A DNA stretch of 64,000 nucleotides from Phoronis australis (taxonomy: Eukaryota; Animalia; Phoronida): positions 486,339-550,338 of the forward strand of contig NMRA01000189.1 in NCBI GenBank assembly GCA_002633005.1, read 5' to 3'. The position numbers and the translations under genes are program-made. A model generated the notes under the pieces. That model ran no database searches and was not told the DNA's origin. It saw only the letters and a list, made by a program, of their open reading frames with translations. This document shows positions 25,338-38,087 of this stretch, one piece after another (within the stretch, counting starts at the first letter, position 1; each line of letters starts with the position of its first letter).

Positions 25338-26744
25338 GGCTATATTTAGATCCATTTTTAATGTGAAATTTGTAGAACTTGTTGGGTGCTTGTTCCTGAC
25401 GCTCCGTATGAGTGCTGATTTTGTCGGCGAACAAAGCGTAGAGAAAAATTCAGCTTATCAGGTAAACATTACTATAAAGGAGATGCCGCGTTTTGTATCA
25501 AGAAACTGGTTCCTGATTTGGAACAATTGGCATTATAAAACTGTTCTCGCATAGTTCCTTATTCAGATTTACTGAAGTATTGGAGAGAAATAGCACTCCA
25601 ACGAGTTGGCTTGACACGGCTGGTCATTTTATGCTAGTTTCAAACAATAAATGAATTCTTATGTCACTCAAAGTGTAATAATCACCGGTTTTATAACATC
25701 AAGTGGCACGATGGACATAGGGAGGGTTTATAGTCATGATTACCTATCCATTGTACTGTTGGCTGATGCCGAACCTGGGTAAAATTGAAAACTACTGACA
25801 ACCAAAAAAATTTTAAAAATACCGTGGGCGAGTCTTACACCTGTAATTAACACCAAAGAACTCTTGTTGATGCACAAAAGAGGAAAAAAATAAGGCCACG
25901 TGGAGCAGTAAACTTCGATTTCCTTAATTTTCGCTCCCGGAAGCTTGCCTGCTAAATCGTATCAATGACGCACTAATTACCATATCCATCGGCGATATCT
26001 ATACTTCTTCTTTGGATTCTAAGCCAATTTTCAATTCCGTTGTGATCAAAATCTAAAGTAAATGGCCAATCCAAGAACACTTGCAAAAACTCTTATTTTT
26101 AGGAAAAGTTTGGTGTCGTTTCAAACAAGTCCAGTGTCATGATTGGGCAAATAATTAGTATGTAATGATCATTACATGCTGACTTGCGTATCTGTCATGG
26201 TCTTCAGATTGCTGTAGGCGTGTTATTGTAAAGCTATACGTATTGCCTCACATAATAGCGCGCCAGCAAGCACTTATTTGTGCTTTCTATTTTTAATTCA
26301 TCTCCTTCAGGCTTTTTATTGTTCCAGGGTTGCAAAGACTGTATTTTTGTATTATGTCCCGTTTTCCGGTTACGTCATAATGAATGACTATTTTTGCCAA
26401 CCCAACACTCCTTTCATCCTTGGAAGCGGAGCACCTATGTTCATCACAGGACATACTATGTCGAGCATAAATATCATTTTGAAGTAAGCATAACTGAAAC
26501 ATTTGTATTTACACCATTGCATGCAAACAAGACTTGTATATCCTACTTATTCGTAAGTGAGACACACAGACAACTTCTTTCTATTATTTCTTATAATGCA
26601 GTCCGAATTGATATCAGTTTTGTGACGTGAGTTCATGCCAGTTCTGACAGCCAGTCTTCACCTATTTTTTTCTCATGTTTTTCTTCACGCGACGCAGACA
26701 CGAAAACGATTTCCTCATTGTGCCCCCTACATGCCCACAGTTAA

Positions 26745-28079
26745 AGGCGAAGGCAACCTTTTTCCACGTCATTTTGAGCTAAAATAAGGTTGGTTGGTTA
26801 TCCTAGACATATTTTCCACTTAATTATAGCTTTTCGTAATTTTATTAATTACTCGTCCGCTATTCCGGAAGTGACGTTTTAGGAGGCAAGCATTTCGCGC
26901 CAATTTCTTTTCATATAGTCGACTGTGAGAGCTGCCGAGTCAGTCATTGTTCTACCTCGGTTGTGTTAAGTTCCGTCGTCGTTTGCTTTCATTTACTAGT
27001 CAGTCAACATGCCACACCGTTGCTGCGTACCGGGATGTACTAATTATCGGCTCACGCGCGCTTTTGGAGTACCTTTGCATCGCTTTCCGATGGATGACAC
27101 ACTTCGCCGTACTTGGCTCGTTCGTGTGAAGAACGCAGNNNNNNNNNNNNNNNNNNNNNNNNNNNNNNNNNNNNNNNNNNNNNNNNNNNNNNNNNNNNNN
27201 NNNNNNNNNNNNNNNNNNNNNNNNNNNNNNNNNNNNNNNNNNNNNNNNNNNNNNNNNNNNNNNNNNNNNNNNNNNNNNNNNNNNNNNNNNNNNNNNNNNN
27301 NNNNNNNNNNNNNNNNNNNNNNNNNNNNNNNNNNNNNNNNNNNNNNNNNNNNNNNNNNNNNNNNNNNNNNNNNNNNNNNNNNNNNNNNNNNNNNNNNNNN
27401 NNNNNNNNNNNNNNNNNNNNNNNNNNNNNNNNNNNNNNNNNNNNNNNNNNNNNNNNNNNNNNNNNNNNNNNNNNNNNNNNNNNNNNNNNNNNNNNNNNNN
27501 NNNNNNNNNNNNNNNNNNNNNNNNNNNNNNNNNNNNNNNNNNNNNNNNNNNNNNNNNNNNNNNNNNNNNNNNNNNNNNNNNNNNNNNNNNNNNNNNNNNN
27601 NNNNNNNNNNNNNNNNNNNNNNNNNNNNNNNNNNNNNNNNNNNNNNNNNNNNNNNNNNNNNNNNNNNNNNNNNNNNNNNNNNNNNTGTGAACAAGGTCTC
27701 CGTCACTCACACTACTGTCACTGTGATACGGGTCACCGACTCCAGCCATTTTCAGCTTACAACACACTAAACAATCCCTAAATCCAACGTAGTTGAGTTC
27801 TCTACTAACCTATCTTGCCGCAGAGTACTCGCCGATGGAAAGTGGTGGCGACAATTGGTGAAAAATAGCACAAAACAGAAGTAGAATAGAACAGATTCGC
27901 ACAGTAAACTCAATGCAAAACCAAGTGGCGGGAAACGCCTCCTAAAACGTCACTTCCGGAATAGCGGACGAGTAATTAATAAAATTACGAAAAGCTGTAA
28001 TTAAGTGAAAAATATGTCTAGGACAACCAATCAACTTTATTTTAGCTCAAAATGACATGGAAAAAGGTTGCCTTCGCCT
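26745..28079 (+). mobile_element. Kolobok DNA transposon derivative (THAP start; centre in gap)
   Basis: TTAA|AGGCGAAGGCAACC ~143-bp TIRs GGTTGCCTTCGCCT|TTAA; MPHRCCVPGC..LHRFP..W from 27009; convergent ORF start MAGVGDPYHSDSSVSD from 27749 (-). Confidence 0.9.
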
Positions 28080-28559
28080 TTAAGTGCAAGCGATAATTAA
28101 GAATGTATGGATGTAAATGGTCTTCGTACGCACACTCCAGACATTCAATAAGATTGAAGTCCTTTGGTGAACCCGTCAATACATCTCTAGTCTCGCTGCT
28201 ACTCTTTCACGTCAAATCGAGACAAGAGGATGGTAAAGTCGTCTTCACAAAATTTCAGTTCCTCAACCGTTTCCGTCAACTCACCATCAGCTGTAAACGC
28301 TGACTAGTTCGTCGTTGTGCCTATCTATTTCACTAAACTTCTGTGGTCAAACTTAACGTTTCAGTGGCAAAGAAAGGATAAAGTCACGTGCCTAAGTTAG
28401 TGTTCCTTGGCAGAACTTCTAGATGCATTATGGAGGTACATGTTTCTGATTGTCATTTGGGCTCTTGGGGCTACAAGAACTGTAGATACCAAAGCCTCTG
28501 CTATTCGAGGTGGCGTCATAAACCTTTGATCTCACTGTTCTCGTGTTTTCCACCCGCTC

Positions 28560-28790
28560 CTTGTATTCACCAATAATCTTTTATGCGCCATACGCATTAT
28601 TATCTCTCTTCTGGAGTGTTGTTGATATTGAGCGAACACTTTTCCACACACTCGTGTGAATACGCGATTACATTTACACGATGCTTTGAAACGATGAAAA
28701 CACGACTTGGCCGGGTATTTGTTCAAGTTTCTTGATCCTACGTGGCACATTGTCAGCGGCCAACTTATAAGTTTGGGTAACTACACTATT
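28560..28790 (-). pseudogene. Decayed THAP-like fragment
   Basis: CHVGSRN..KYPAKSCFHRF..RVCGKVF resembles THAP C..C, FHRFP and VC..HF. Confidence 0.4.
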
Positions 28791-29083
28791 GGTCCAAAAC
28801 GTACTCAGAGATCATGATGTTTGTGCGTGTCAAAAATAACCAACACGCATAAACTTCAACCAAGGGGGTTTTGCACCGGCCAATTAGTATTTACTTTTTC
28901 ATTTCTATAACCTTATTTTCAAGCACGAAAAACCCTGTCGATTTGGAGATGTGCCGAAGATAGCGAAAACTGCGGCCAGGGGACCTTTCATATTTTGAAT
29001 ACAGGTCACGAAACGGGGGTTTGTAATGCTGACATCCCGTTTTATTCGCTAAACACCATCATTATATCACTGGCCCCGTGGTC

Positions 29084-29468
29084 TAGCCTAATCTTTTTAC
29101 TCAAAATGGAACTCAAAATTGTTTTTGACATTTTCTATTCTACTTTTGTGTGAACTCAGGATAAGTGTCTATTATTCTATACTCGAGTGCATATAGTGGC
29201 TTACTGTACGTGGAATAATGCGTTAAGGCTACAAGTTGGAATCTAAACTCAAAATTTCGTATTTTTACTCGAAATCTCGAGTATTTTACTGAGTTTGCAG
29301 ATCGAATCTAGGAATCACCAAGTGTGGCCTTGGACCAGAAACTCATATGCATGAACCATAATGCACTCGAGCAGAGCCTAGACCCTTTTCTTGAGTTTGA
29401 AAAGAAGTCTAGAATGGAAAATGCCAAAAATAATTTTGAGTTTGATTTCCCGTTCACGGATTAGACTT
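29084..29468. mobile_element. Old palindromic MITE (TAG-like termini)
   Basis: actcaaaattgtttttgacattttctattcta / tagaatggaaaatgccaaaaataattttgagt and ctcgagtgcat / atgcactcgag inverted arms; no clean TSD. Confidence 0.65.
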
Positions 29469-29682
29469 TGTCCCCTGAGCCACGTTCCAAGCGAACTGGT
29501 CTTTACATTTCATAACGTCCACGTGATGGTCATTTGAACGTTTTATTGTGGTGCTATGTGTTGCCTCGCCTGACATTACTTAGTACTGGACCCATACAGT
29601 ACTGGGTTGAGATCCGTATGTGCAAGAATCTCGCGATGGAAGCTAGTTTGATCACGTGCTTCGTTTGTATTACATGGCGATA

Positions 29683-29824
29683 CAGGGGCGGCGCAGCACT
29701 GAAAAAAGTGGGGGCTGAAGCCCCCTCAGCCCCCTGTGGTGCACCGCCTATAGATCATGTGCGGCGTAGCACTAAAAAAAGTGTAGGGGCTGTAGCCCCC
29801 CCCCCCCATGGTGCGCCGCTCATG
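29683..29824. mobile_element. Tandem dimer of ~70-bp mini-MITEs with 5-bp TSD; monomer at 59976-60048
   Basis: CGATA|CAGGGGCGGCGCAGC...GGTGCGCCGCTCATG|CGATA. Confidence 0.8.
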
Positions 29825-30384
29825 CGATATGTCGTGAAAGTCATGGCATGCGTGATCTATCGTATTGGCGAGCTAGAGTTCTCGCGTCTACGAACGTACG
29901 CATGACAACGCATGCAACTCAATAAGTGGAAAACTGACAATTAAATTTAGTGCCGTGGTCAGCGCTGCCGGCGGTCTATAGAAACGAAAATAAAAAACTA
30001 GTGGTTTTGATTGCCAATTTGGATAAAAGGGGGATCCGGACCCAATGCGTCACCCTGGTTCCACCTGTAAAATACCACGCTGCATGGTTAAACGCCAGTT
30101 TACATTTCTTTAACCTAATGCAGATTACATGCAAATATGCAAGTGCATTATGCTTAGAATTATAATAATGGCTCCACCAACAAATTAAAATGATTTGTCA
30201 ACACAACTGAAAAAAACAGGATACGGTGTAGTGATGATAACAAAGATTAAGTGATGGACAATGAAAATGATTGTAAACATAATAACGTAACTAATTATTA
30301 CCATCCGTTTTGTTTCTCTAGCCATTGTGATGTTATAAACTTAACAAAAAGAGAATATTTGTAAAACTTCATATGCAATGTATT

Positions 30385-30390
30385 TTTATT
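30385..30390 (-). terminator. Candidate polyadenylation signal of the GPCR
   Basis: AATAAA on the minus strand about 220 nt past the stop codon, in an AT-rich 3' region. Confidence 0.4.
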
Positions 30391-30607
30391 ACAATTTTCT
30401 TTCAGTCTTCATATGTCACGATTTGTACTGCTCTGTTTAAAAGTATGCTTTAAAGTTGCCATTGATGCCCTAGTAACTGTAATGTATGTTATGACGAAGA
30501 CTCCATTGAATCTTCGCATTCATTAATGACTAATTAAGGTATTGATTACTAGTCGACAAAAGTTCAATAATCCCTTGATCCCGCATGACAACTGTCGTGG
30601 ACTTTTA

Positions 30608-31753
30608 TCACTCAGTCAAAGTAAGGCTTGGTCTCACTGAACTGGTTTCTTCACCTGCATTTGAAGGTTGTGTAGGCAGAAACTCCCTCATCTCCGTCTC
30701 TTCAGATTCGTTGCTGCTCAGCTGAGTGTCCAATTCAACAGAAAGATGAGCTGCTTTGTAAACGCATTTGTTTTTCTTCGACTTTGAATTGGACCTCCTT
30801 CTTAGACTTTTCATAAAAGTTCTCCTGATGTGTTTGCTGGCTAGAAAATACACTATCGGCGGTACAATTGGACCTAATTCATGGACAAAATATAACCACA
30901 TATGTCCGTCTTGTTCATGAAGACCCTGAATTGCCCACAGTTTATAGGGATTATAGACAACTGTTCTCAAGATGGCAGCCACTACCACCATCCTCGCGAC
31001 ATCTGCACTTCCGGCAGGTAGCTCTGCCGATGCGCTACTGCTGCAGGGGGTCTCTGCTATGTCGTCTGTCATTGTAATTTCTATAAGTCCTCTTCCGTGT
31101 TGACACAACCTTACCTTTGTCACTTCCTTGATTATTAAGATGGAAAACACCAATGTCGCAATTGCCGGCAAACTACAGGAATATATTAAGTAAAACCATT
31201 TGTAAAAGTACCTGTAGAAATTACTTGTGGCTACAGAATGAGCGAGAGCGCACACGGAGTTGCCATCGTCTGTCACGTAAACCGTGCTATAGAATGTATT
31301 GAGTACCACGGCGACTACCCACAGTACCAAGGCAATAATTCTGGCGCGAAACACCGAGCAAATAACGCTGGCCCGAGAAGGCGTGGCAACACCTACGTAA
31401 CGATCAATGCACGCCATCAGTATGTACCATGACGACAATGTTTCACAGAGTTTCGAGCCGTACTGATAGACTTGACAAAGGACTGTGTAGTTAATTACAT
31501 TAAAATTGCGCGCGTGCGTTAGCCATGCTGATAAGTTCAACACCGTGAAACAAATGTCTGTTGCAGCCAGCGCCGCTAAATAATGGCAACAAGAAAACGT
31601 CCTCATTCGTTTGCTCAGTAAAATTACCAGCGATAGCATATTGACAACGAAAGCGACTGAGTAAACAACGGGTACGTATGTCAACCACATTTCCATCACG
31701 TATGGTGAGACCTGAGTAGCTGAAGTGTTTGCTGGTCCTGTTTGATTCTCCAT
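30608..31753 (-). CDS. Class A (rhodopsin-like) GPCR, FMRFamide/myosuppressin/sex-peptide-receptor-like group, 381 aa, uninterrupted CDS
   Basis: Intact ORF with seven hydrophobic segments; N-terminal NxS/T sites (NQT, NTS); TM2 YLAALAATD; ECL1 W and TM3 Cys (LCQVY); CIDRY; TM7 PPIVY; basic helix 8 (KHIRRTF). Subfamily inferred from motif style only. Confidence 0.9.
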   Translation of the reverse strand: MENQTGPANTSATQVSPYVMEMWLTYVPVVYSVAFVVNMLSLVILLSKRMRTFSCCHYLAALAATDICFTVLNLSAWLTHARNFNVINYTVLCQVYQYGSKLCETLSSWYILMACIDRYVGVATPSRASVICSVFRARIIALVLWVVAVVLNTFYSTVYVTDDGNSVCALAHSVATSNFYRYFYKWFYLIYSCSLPAIATLVFSILIIKEVTKVRLCQHGRGLIEITMTDDIAETPCSSSASAELPAGSADVARMVVVAAILRTVVYNPYKLWAIQGLHEQDGHMWLYFVHELGPIVPPIVYFLASKHIRRTFMKSLRRRSNSKSKKNKCVYKAAHLSVELDTQLSSNESEETEMREFLPTQPSNAGEETSSVRPSLTLTE

Positions 31754-31946
31754 AGCAACTCGTCAGCTGTTCATCTAGTCGCTCATTTCATAAAATATAT
31801 ACTAAAGCAAACTCGATTACGTTTGCTCGCTCATTGCGATGAAGTTTTTCGAAATTGCAAAATTGTCGCCGACAGGTAAGCCTAAATTACAACAGCTGAC
31901 CTCGTAATTTTCCACTTGAAGACACCTCTAGTTATTATACATCAAT

Positions 31947-31980
31947 CTGTAACAAACCAGAAAAAGAAACAAATTAAAAA
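31947..31980 (-). promoter_or_regulatory. Probable 3' splice acceptor of a 5'-UTR intron of the GPCR gene
   Basis: Minus strand reads tttttaatttgtttctttttctggtttgttacAG|attgatg, about 190 nt upstream of the ATG. Confidence 0.55.
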
Positions 31981-34881
31981 GCAATCGATCAACCACTGAC
32001 AGTTGAAAGTGACGTGTCATTCAAAACTGTTGTATAGCACTGGCAGATCTGTGATGCCGTAAGAGGTAACCAGAATTTTCGAAAAGGTGAGTAGTGAGTA
32101 CAAACTGTCTTGTTCGTAGGGAAAGGCTGTGCGGCGAGCCTACTAGCCACGCCTAAATCCGTCCCAGACACTGGCGAGAAGAATATACAAAGATGGTGTA
32201 CAGAAAAATGTTTTTGAAATGAATTTTAGCCAACAGACAGATTTTACGTAAGATTTTCTTGATTGCTAACATCATCAAAAGGTAAATAATATAACGAATG
32301 TCATATCATCCTAGATGCTCTCAAATTGTCGACAAATTTGAAAACTCCTTACGAAGTCTGCTAAATTGGTAGGCATGACTAACGCTTTAAGAAAGGTGAT
32401 CGATAGCTGTTGGAAAGAACTTCATCTGGACAGTGCTTACGTCACTCAGGAGCGGTGCTGATCGCGCAATTCCAAGTGAAACAGCGAATGTTGGGTAAAA
32501 CTATCAAAACAGGATAGAGAATTCTTTGATAAAAGGACGGTGTTTTATCAAGCACGGAGTGTATGACTTCGGATTTCGACAGTATTGATAAAATTTCACA
32601 TGGATATTTTATTCCTTAACAATTTTGAGCTCTTGTACTAGAAAGTCGAATCATCTTGGTTTTCACTGGGCGGACAATTTTCCGGATACGACACCACTAA
32701 TAATTTATAAATCATCGCAGAAAGTCCTGTTGCAAGACGTGCATTACACCGTGAGCAATGCCCATTACTGTGAACTCAAAGACTTTATCGTTACGGGCTT
32801 TATTAATAAGACGAGCGTTTTTTATTGGCTGTGCTTTATTTTGATACCCATCGCATTGTCTAGGGAATACAAAGAAAAATATAAGAGTACACCGACTTCG
32901 TTTTTGAAGTACTTTTGTTCAAACCGCGTCACATAAGAATGCGCTAATTTCAAAATGACGATTACTCCGCTATATTTTTCTAGAAGGCGATTAAATCATG
33001 TTCGTGGGATTATGAAATAAGTTTAGTTGATTGGATAAAAGTCGGTGACTGTCAGTTACATGAAAGTACGCTTAAGACGTTCTGCTATTTATCTAGTGGG
33101 AATAAGTTCCGCCAGCAACACAGCAGCCACTGAAGTCGTGAGTTCGAAGTCGTCTCAGTTGGGTTTGATCTTAAAAACATTACTTGAAGATTACGTCAGT
33201 TTAACTTAGAAGGACACTAAACCCTGTTTTGATGGTTTAAGACAATCCTTGTTGTGCCACCGTCAATCTTGAGCGATAAAAGCAGGATTGGATATCATGG
33301 TTTTGGTGGGTGATCTTTCCCCATAGTTGCCGTGTAATTCGCTAAAAGCGTAGGTCACGCTTGCCCGTTTAGCAGACTTTAAAAAAAGAGTTTTCAAAAT
33401 GTCCTCCTAACTTTTGAGGGATGTCGGGGGTTGAAGGGTATCATTCTGTTTCAGAGAATTTGATGGATACATCGTTTTGTTTTTAATATCTGTTAATAAG
33501 CCAAGATAGGCTCTCTAGATAGACACTCTAAGTGAAATCTTTAAATTATTTGGAGGCGTGTAGTTCTCAGTCAATATGCCGGTTGGCAAGGCACTTACTT
33601 AGCAATTGGTTCGACATAGGAGAAACAAGTCAGTCAACTAATTACACAGACGTGTTATTGGCTTTACGCTTTGCGATAAAAGGTTCAAACAAATGTTAGA
33701 TGGGCGTTTTGTCTGAAAAAAATCGTCTGCCTAGATCTGTGTCGATGATGAAGAAACCCCCAGGGTACGACCCTCTGGATAGTGGAACATATAAAGATAT
33801 GTTCGATTTGTTTCACTGTTTCTCTCTTTGCTGACTCCACAAATTAGTCCAGGTGATCAAAATTTAAAAGTAATATTTTATTTGACGTTTTTTTTCTGTA
33901 ACATAGGTCTGTGTTTTAGGCAAACTACTCACCTCTCCAAAACAGACGATAACCACGACCCCTTAACACAACTGGAAAACCTTAGGGCATGCAATTCGGA
34001 AATTCGGTATTTTTCTCAGATTCTAGTCCCTATTCTACTTGAACAAGAGCACCTGATAACACAGACCGGGCTAATCTTGGTACTGTATATCATGCTTAAC
34101 ATTATCGATTTGTTTTGAAATTCAGGCAGTGCGGCCGCCGCGGACTGATGAGTTACATACAGTCAACACGACTTCGACAGGACAGGCGATTTTATTGTAT
34201 CAGAATACCACTTGTTAGTTGTAGACATCAAACGACAAAATGTGATGACTACCTTTGCCAAAGTCCAAAATAGTTTTGAGCAAATGTGTCAGAATAGTGT
34301 AGCTCGATTGTTCAGTGACAGGTAAATGAGTTCATCTTCCCTATTCTGGCTGGTCATACAAATGACGTCGAATATTTTGGCAACTGAGACTAATTTACAG
34401 CGTCAGTTAAATGCAAGCTAACGTTTTCCTACAATTCAAAAAAAAATAATTGATTAGTTGACAGTCTGTTTACCTGAAATTAAATTTGAAATACAAAAAC
34501 CTACAAAATACTTCGTTTCATGATCCCAAAATATAAAAGAGAAGAAAACTACAGCCAAACTTTAGAGAAAGGAGCATTCAATCATAGACATTTACATTTT
34601 GGGTCACCTTGTGTGGAGTCACGAAACCCACTTAGGTTAGCTACAGTAGTGCAGAAAACAAGATATGCCTATCGGCTGGCATTTTAAACTATTCAGGAGA
34701 CATCAAGAATAGAACGAACTTCTGGGTGCGGCATTTTCCCAATTAAATTTGAACCCTACGTTTCACAAAATGCTTATACTACTTATTGAATAGAAATTCA
34801 GTGTAAAATATTTTTAAGCTCTATTTCGCCGCCGTTTTGCTGTCAGTGTTGAATTATTAACTGAAGCGCTTTGGAGTTTAA

Positions 34882-35981
34882 AGGCAAAAGCAACCTTTTT
34901 CATGTCGTTTTTTGCAAAAATAAGGTTCGTTGATTATCCCAGACATATTTTTCACTTATTTACGGCTTTTCGTAGTTTAATTACTTACTTGTCGTCTACT
35001 CCGGAAGTGACGTTTTGGGAGGCAAGAATTTCGCGCCAATTTCTTTTCATATAGTCTAACTGTGAGAGCAGTCGAGTCAGTCATTGTTCTACCTCGGTTG
35101 TGATAAGTTCGGTCGTCGTTTGCTTTTGCTTACGAGTCAGTCAACATGCCACGCTGTTGCTGCGTTCTGGGGTGTACTCATCATCGTCTCACGTGCCGAA
35201 GATGAACTGTCCCACTTGCCACTACTTAACATCGCTGCAGGGCTGCTTACAGGCTCTGGGCTAGAGACAACAGCACAGGGCGAATCCCGCAATGGGGTAC
35301 GCTCGGAGGCACGGGTGACAGTAGATGAAGTGCCTCCAGTCACTGTATATAGTGGCCACAGCTCGCGAGGCTTCTCGCTTCAAAAACGCACTTCTCGGGG
35401 TTGGCGACGGGGCACTGCCGGGAATCAACAGCGACGGTATGGTACCCTTCTTCAGGCGTTGTTTCGCAGGGACCTTCATCAATTCAGCGTACATATCTCT
35501 GTCATAATCTGACTGAAGAAAATGCTTGCCACACACTCGGTAATTAACCCTCCACTGCTTTGTACGTTGTGTGGACGGGTGGCGCTGCGGTCTTCACATG
35601 AACGAGCTAGCCAAGTACGACCGAAGTGTGTCATCTTTCGGAAAGCGACGCAAGGTACCCAAAGCGCGTGTGAGACGATAATGAGTACATCCCGGCACGC
35701 AGCAACAGCGTGGCATGTTGACTGACTTGTAAACAAAGCAAACGAAGACCGAACTTATCACAACCGAGGTAGAACAATGACTGACTCTACAGCTCTCACA
35801 GTCAGAACATAATGAAAAGAAATTGGCGCGAAACTCTTGCCTCCCGAAACGTCACTTCCGAAGTAGAAGACGAGAAATTAATCAAAATACGAAAAGCTGT
35901 TATTAAGTGAAAAATGTGTCTGGGATAATCAACGAACCTTATTTTTGCTAAAAGTGACATGAAAAAAGGTTGCCTTCGCCT
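34882..35981. mobile_element. Kolobok derivative made of two left ends; frameshifted THAP on the minus strand
   Basis: TTAA flanks; ~310-bp inverted arms including both ATG starts (35146 +, 35716 -); MPRCCCVPGC..RFPKD..W..RVCGKHFLQSDY..LKKGTIPSL. Confidence 0.9.
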
Positions 35982-38087
35982 TTAACAGTCCATGTACTAT
36001 AGTCTATATAGTCTAACAATGCACTGTTGACCTACTTTGAAGTGCACCACTATGCACCAGCTTGACCCACTTATGTTGGCTCCGCCCGCATGGCCTAGTT
36101 GGACTCGATACATCGGTAATCGACTTGCATAATTAAACGTTTTTTCGATAATTGAGTTAATTATGCACAGCAAATTTTATATGACATTTCGGGTGAATGT
36201 TGAAATAATGATTGTGGCTAAGAGGTATATTGACCGAAAAAAAGTTTTCATCGAATAATCAACCGAAGACCTTGAGACTTTCACTTCTCACGATTTAATG
36301 GGCTTTTTGTCGACTTCGGCAAATCGACTTAATTTGAACTTAGGAAAACGAATTCTCGAAAACGTGGATGTCGCTGAAACATTCCAAACTTGATATTTAT
36401 TGATCAGTCTCAAAACGCTGTTAGGCTTTTCGATATATAGGCCTCGTTTTTGCGTCGAATACGACTGCTACTTTTTACAAAAAAATACTTTACGTTTTGA
36501 ATATTTGATTTGTCAAAGAAACCAAACGAAAAGACTAATCGAAAATTCCTAACAGCATTTTTGATGAAACTGGTGAAGTTTTCATTTAAAAAAGGTTTTG
36601 TTAAAATTAACCGAAGTGTTATTTTGCTTTGAATGTACTTTTCTTAAAAGTGAAATTTTGACATAAAAAGTTGTTAACGTAAAAATACTGACACATTAAT
36701 ATAAAACATATTTTTATATTTCCTGATCTTTTTTCTTTCAAAAAATATAAACTTTTACTACATGTAATTGCCAAAGTCTAGGTTTTTTGATTTTTGATAT
36801 ACGAGTTAGAATGGAGGCCACTAAATAAGGTCTGAGATAACCTTAATCAAAACTACGCGTTGTTTCAGCACATTTCAATGCGCAGAAAGGTCACTCGTTT
36901 CAGAACGATTTGGCGCTTCGTACATTTTTGGTCCACAATTTTAAGGTTGGCTAAACCCAAGAAATTCTAATGTATTTTCTTGCGGCTTTCTTGTTGACAA
37001 CGGAAGTAGTACCCTCTAAACGGAGTGGATATTATGAGACCGATTTTATGAGATTACAAGGCCTAAATCAATTTTCGTTTATAGCCAACTAAACAGGACG
37101 AAATGCAACTGTGACTGAGAGCAATGAGCGATAAACAATGCAGAGCTCTGTTGAAAAATGGACCCTCTCGTACAACTTCCTACACACGAAATAAACTAAA
37201 CTTAAAATGCACCCTTTTGTGGAGGAATCTGACGGTGAAAAGCGCCACTCAGCGTCTAGTGTAGTACTCCCGGGATTGTTGTCCAAATTGGAACGTGTCG
37301 GAAAATACGCCCACAAATCAAGAGATGGAAAAGATATCATCTAGTGGAACTTTGATCGCATCATGCATGCACACGATCAATCTTACTCCACATTCCTGCA
37401 AATGTATAAAAATTTGCAAAACGTAACTTCCTTAAGCTGCATTTCGTCTAGTTAGCAGGCTAAAACGAAACTGCAATTAGGTCATGGTCCTCATCAATTC
37501 GGTCACATAATATTCCTTACCACGATGATTCTATTTGGACACTGGTTCAAGCTGGAATGAGTGTAGCAATGCTTTTAATCCCCAAAGCCCTTTAATTAAA
37601 AATTTATTATTGACAGATAAACAGTGATAAAATGAAGGTTTTTGACACCTGTAGAACATCATGAATAACCATACTCGACGAGGTTCTACTCGTTAGAAGG
37701 GCCCTAGATTTACAGCTGCTCAAGAATGGTTTATAAAAGAGTCATTATTTAAAGTACATGTAGATCACTCTCTGAATGTGTGCGCAATTCTATTTTTTTC
37801 AGCAGCACCCCCCTCAACGTTTAGTCGTGTACCCCCGGCTACCAGGAAACAAATGCAAGGAATTCAAGGAACGGTTTCAGTCTTATCATTATCCTTGAAA
37901 GTCAATTAATTTGCTATCTCGACTAATGTTTGCATTTTTTTGTTGAAACTCAACCTCACCGGACGCCATGATCTCTTAGCAAGCAATGAAATCGCGTAAA
38001 CCATGTCTTGACTTTCGTTTGCGAAGTGATGCGTTAAATACAACATTGTTGGGTTCTAATTAATTTAACTCTCGGTTTTTCACTGTA

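Noticed and set aside
34145-34180. Hammerhead at CTGATGAGTT (also CTGATGA on the minus strand near 9044, 44102 and 44672)
   Set aside because: No correctly placed stem II closure followed by GAAA and a cleavage triplet.
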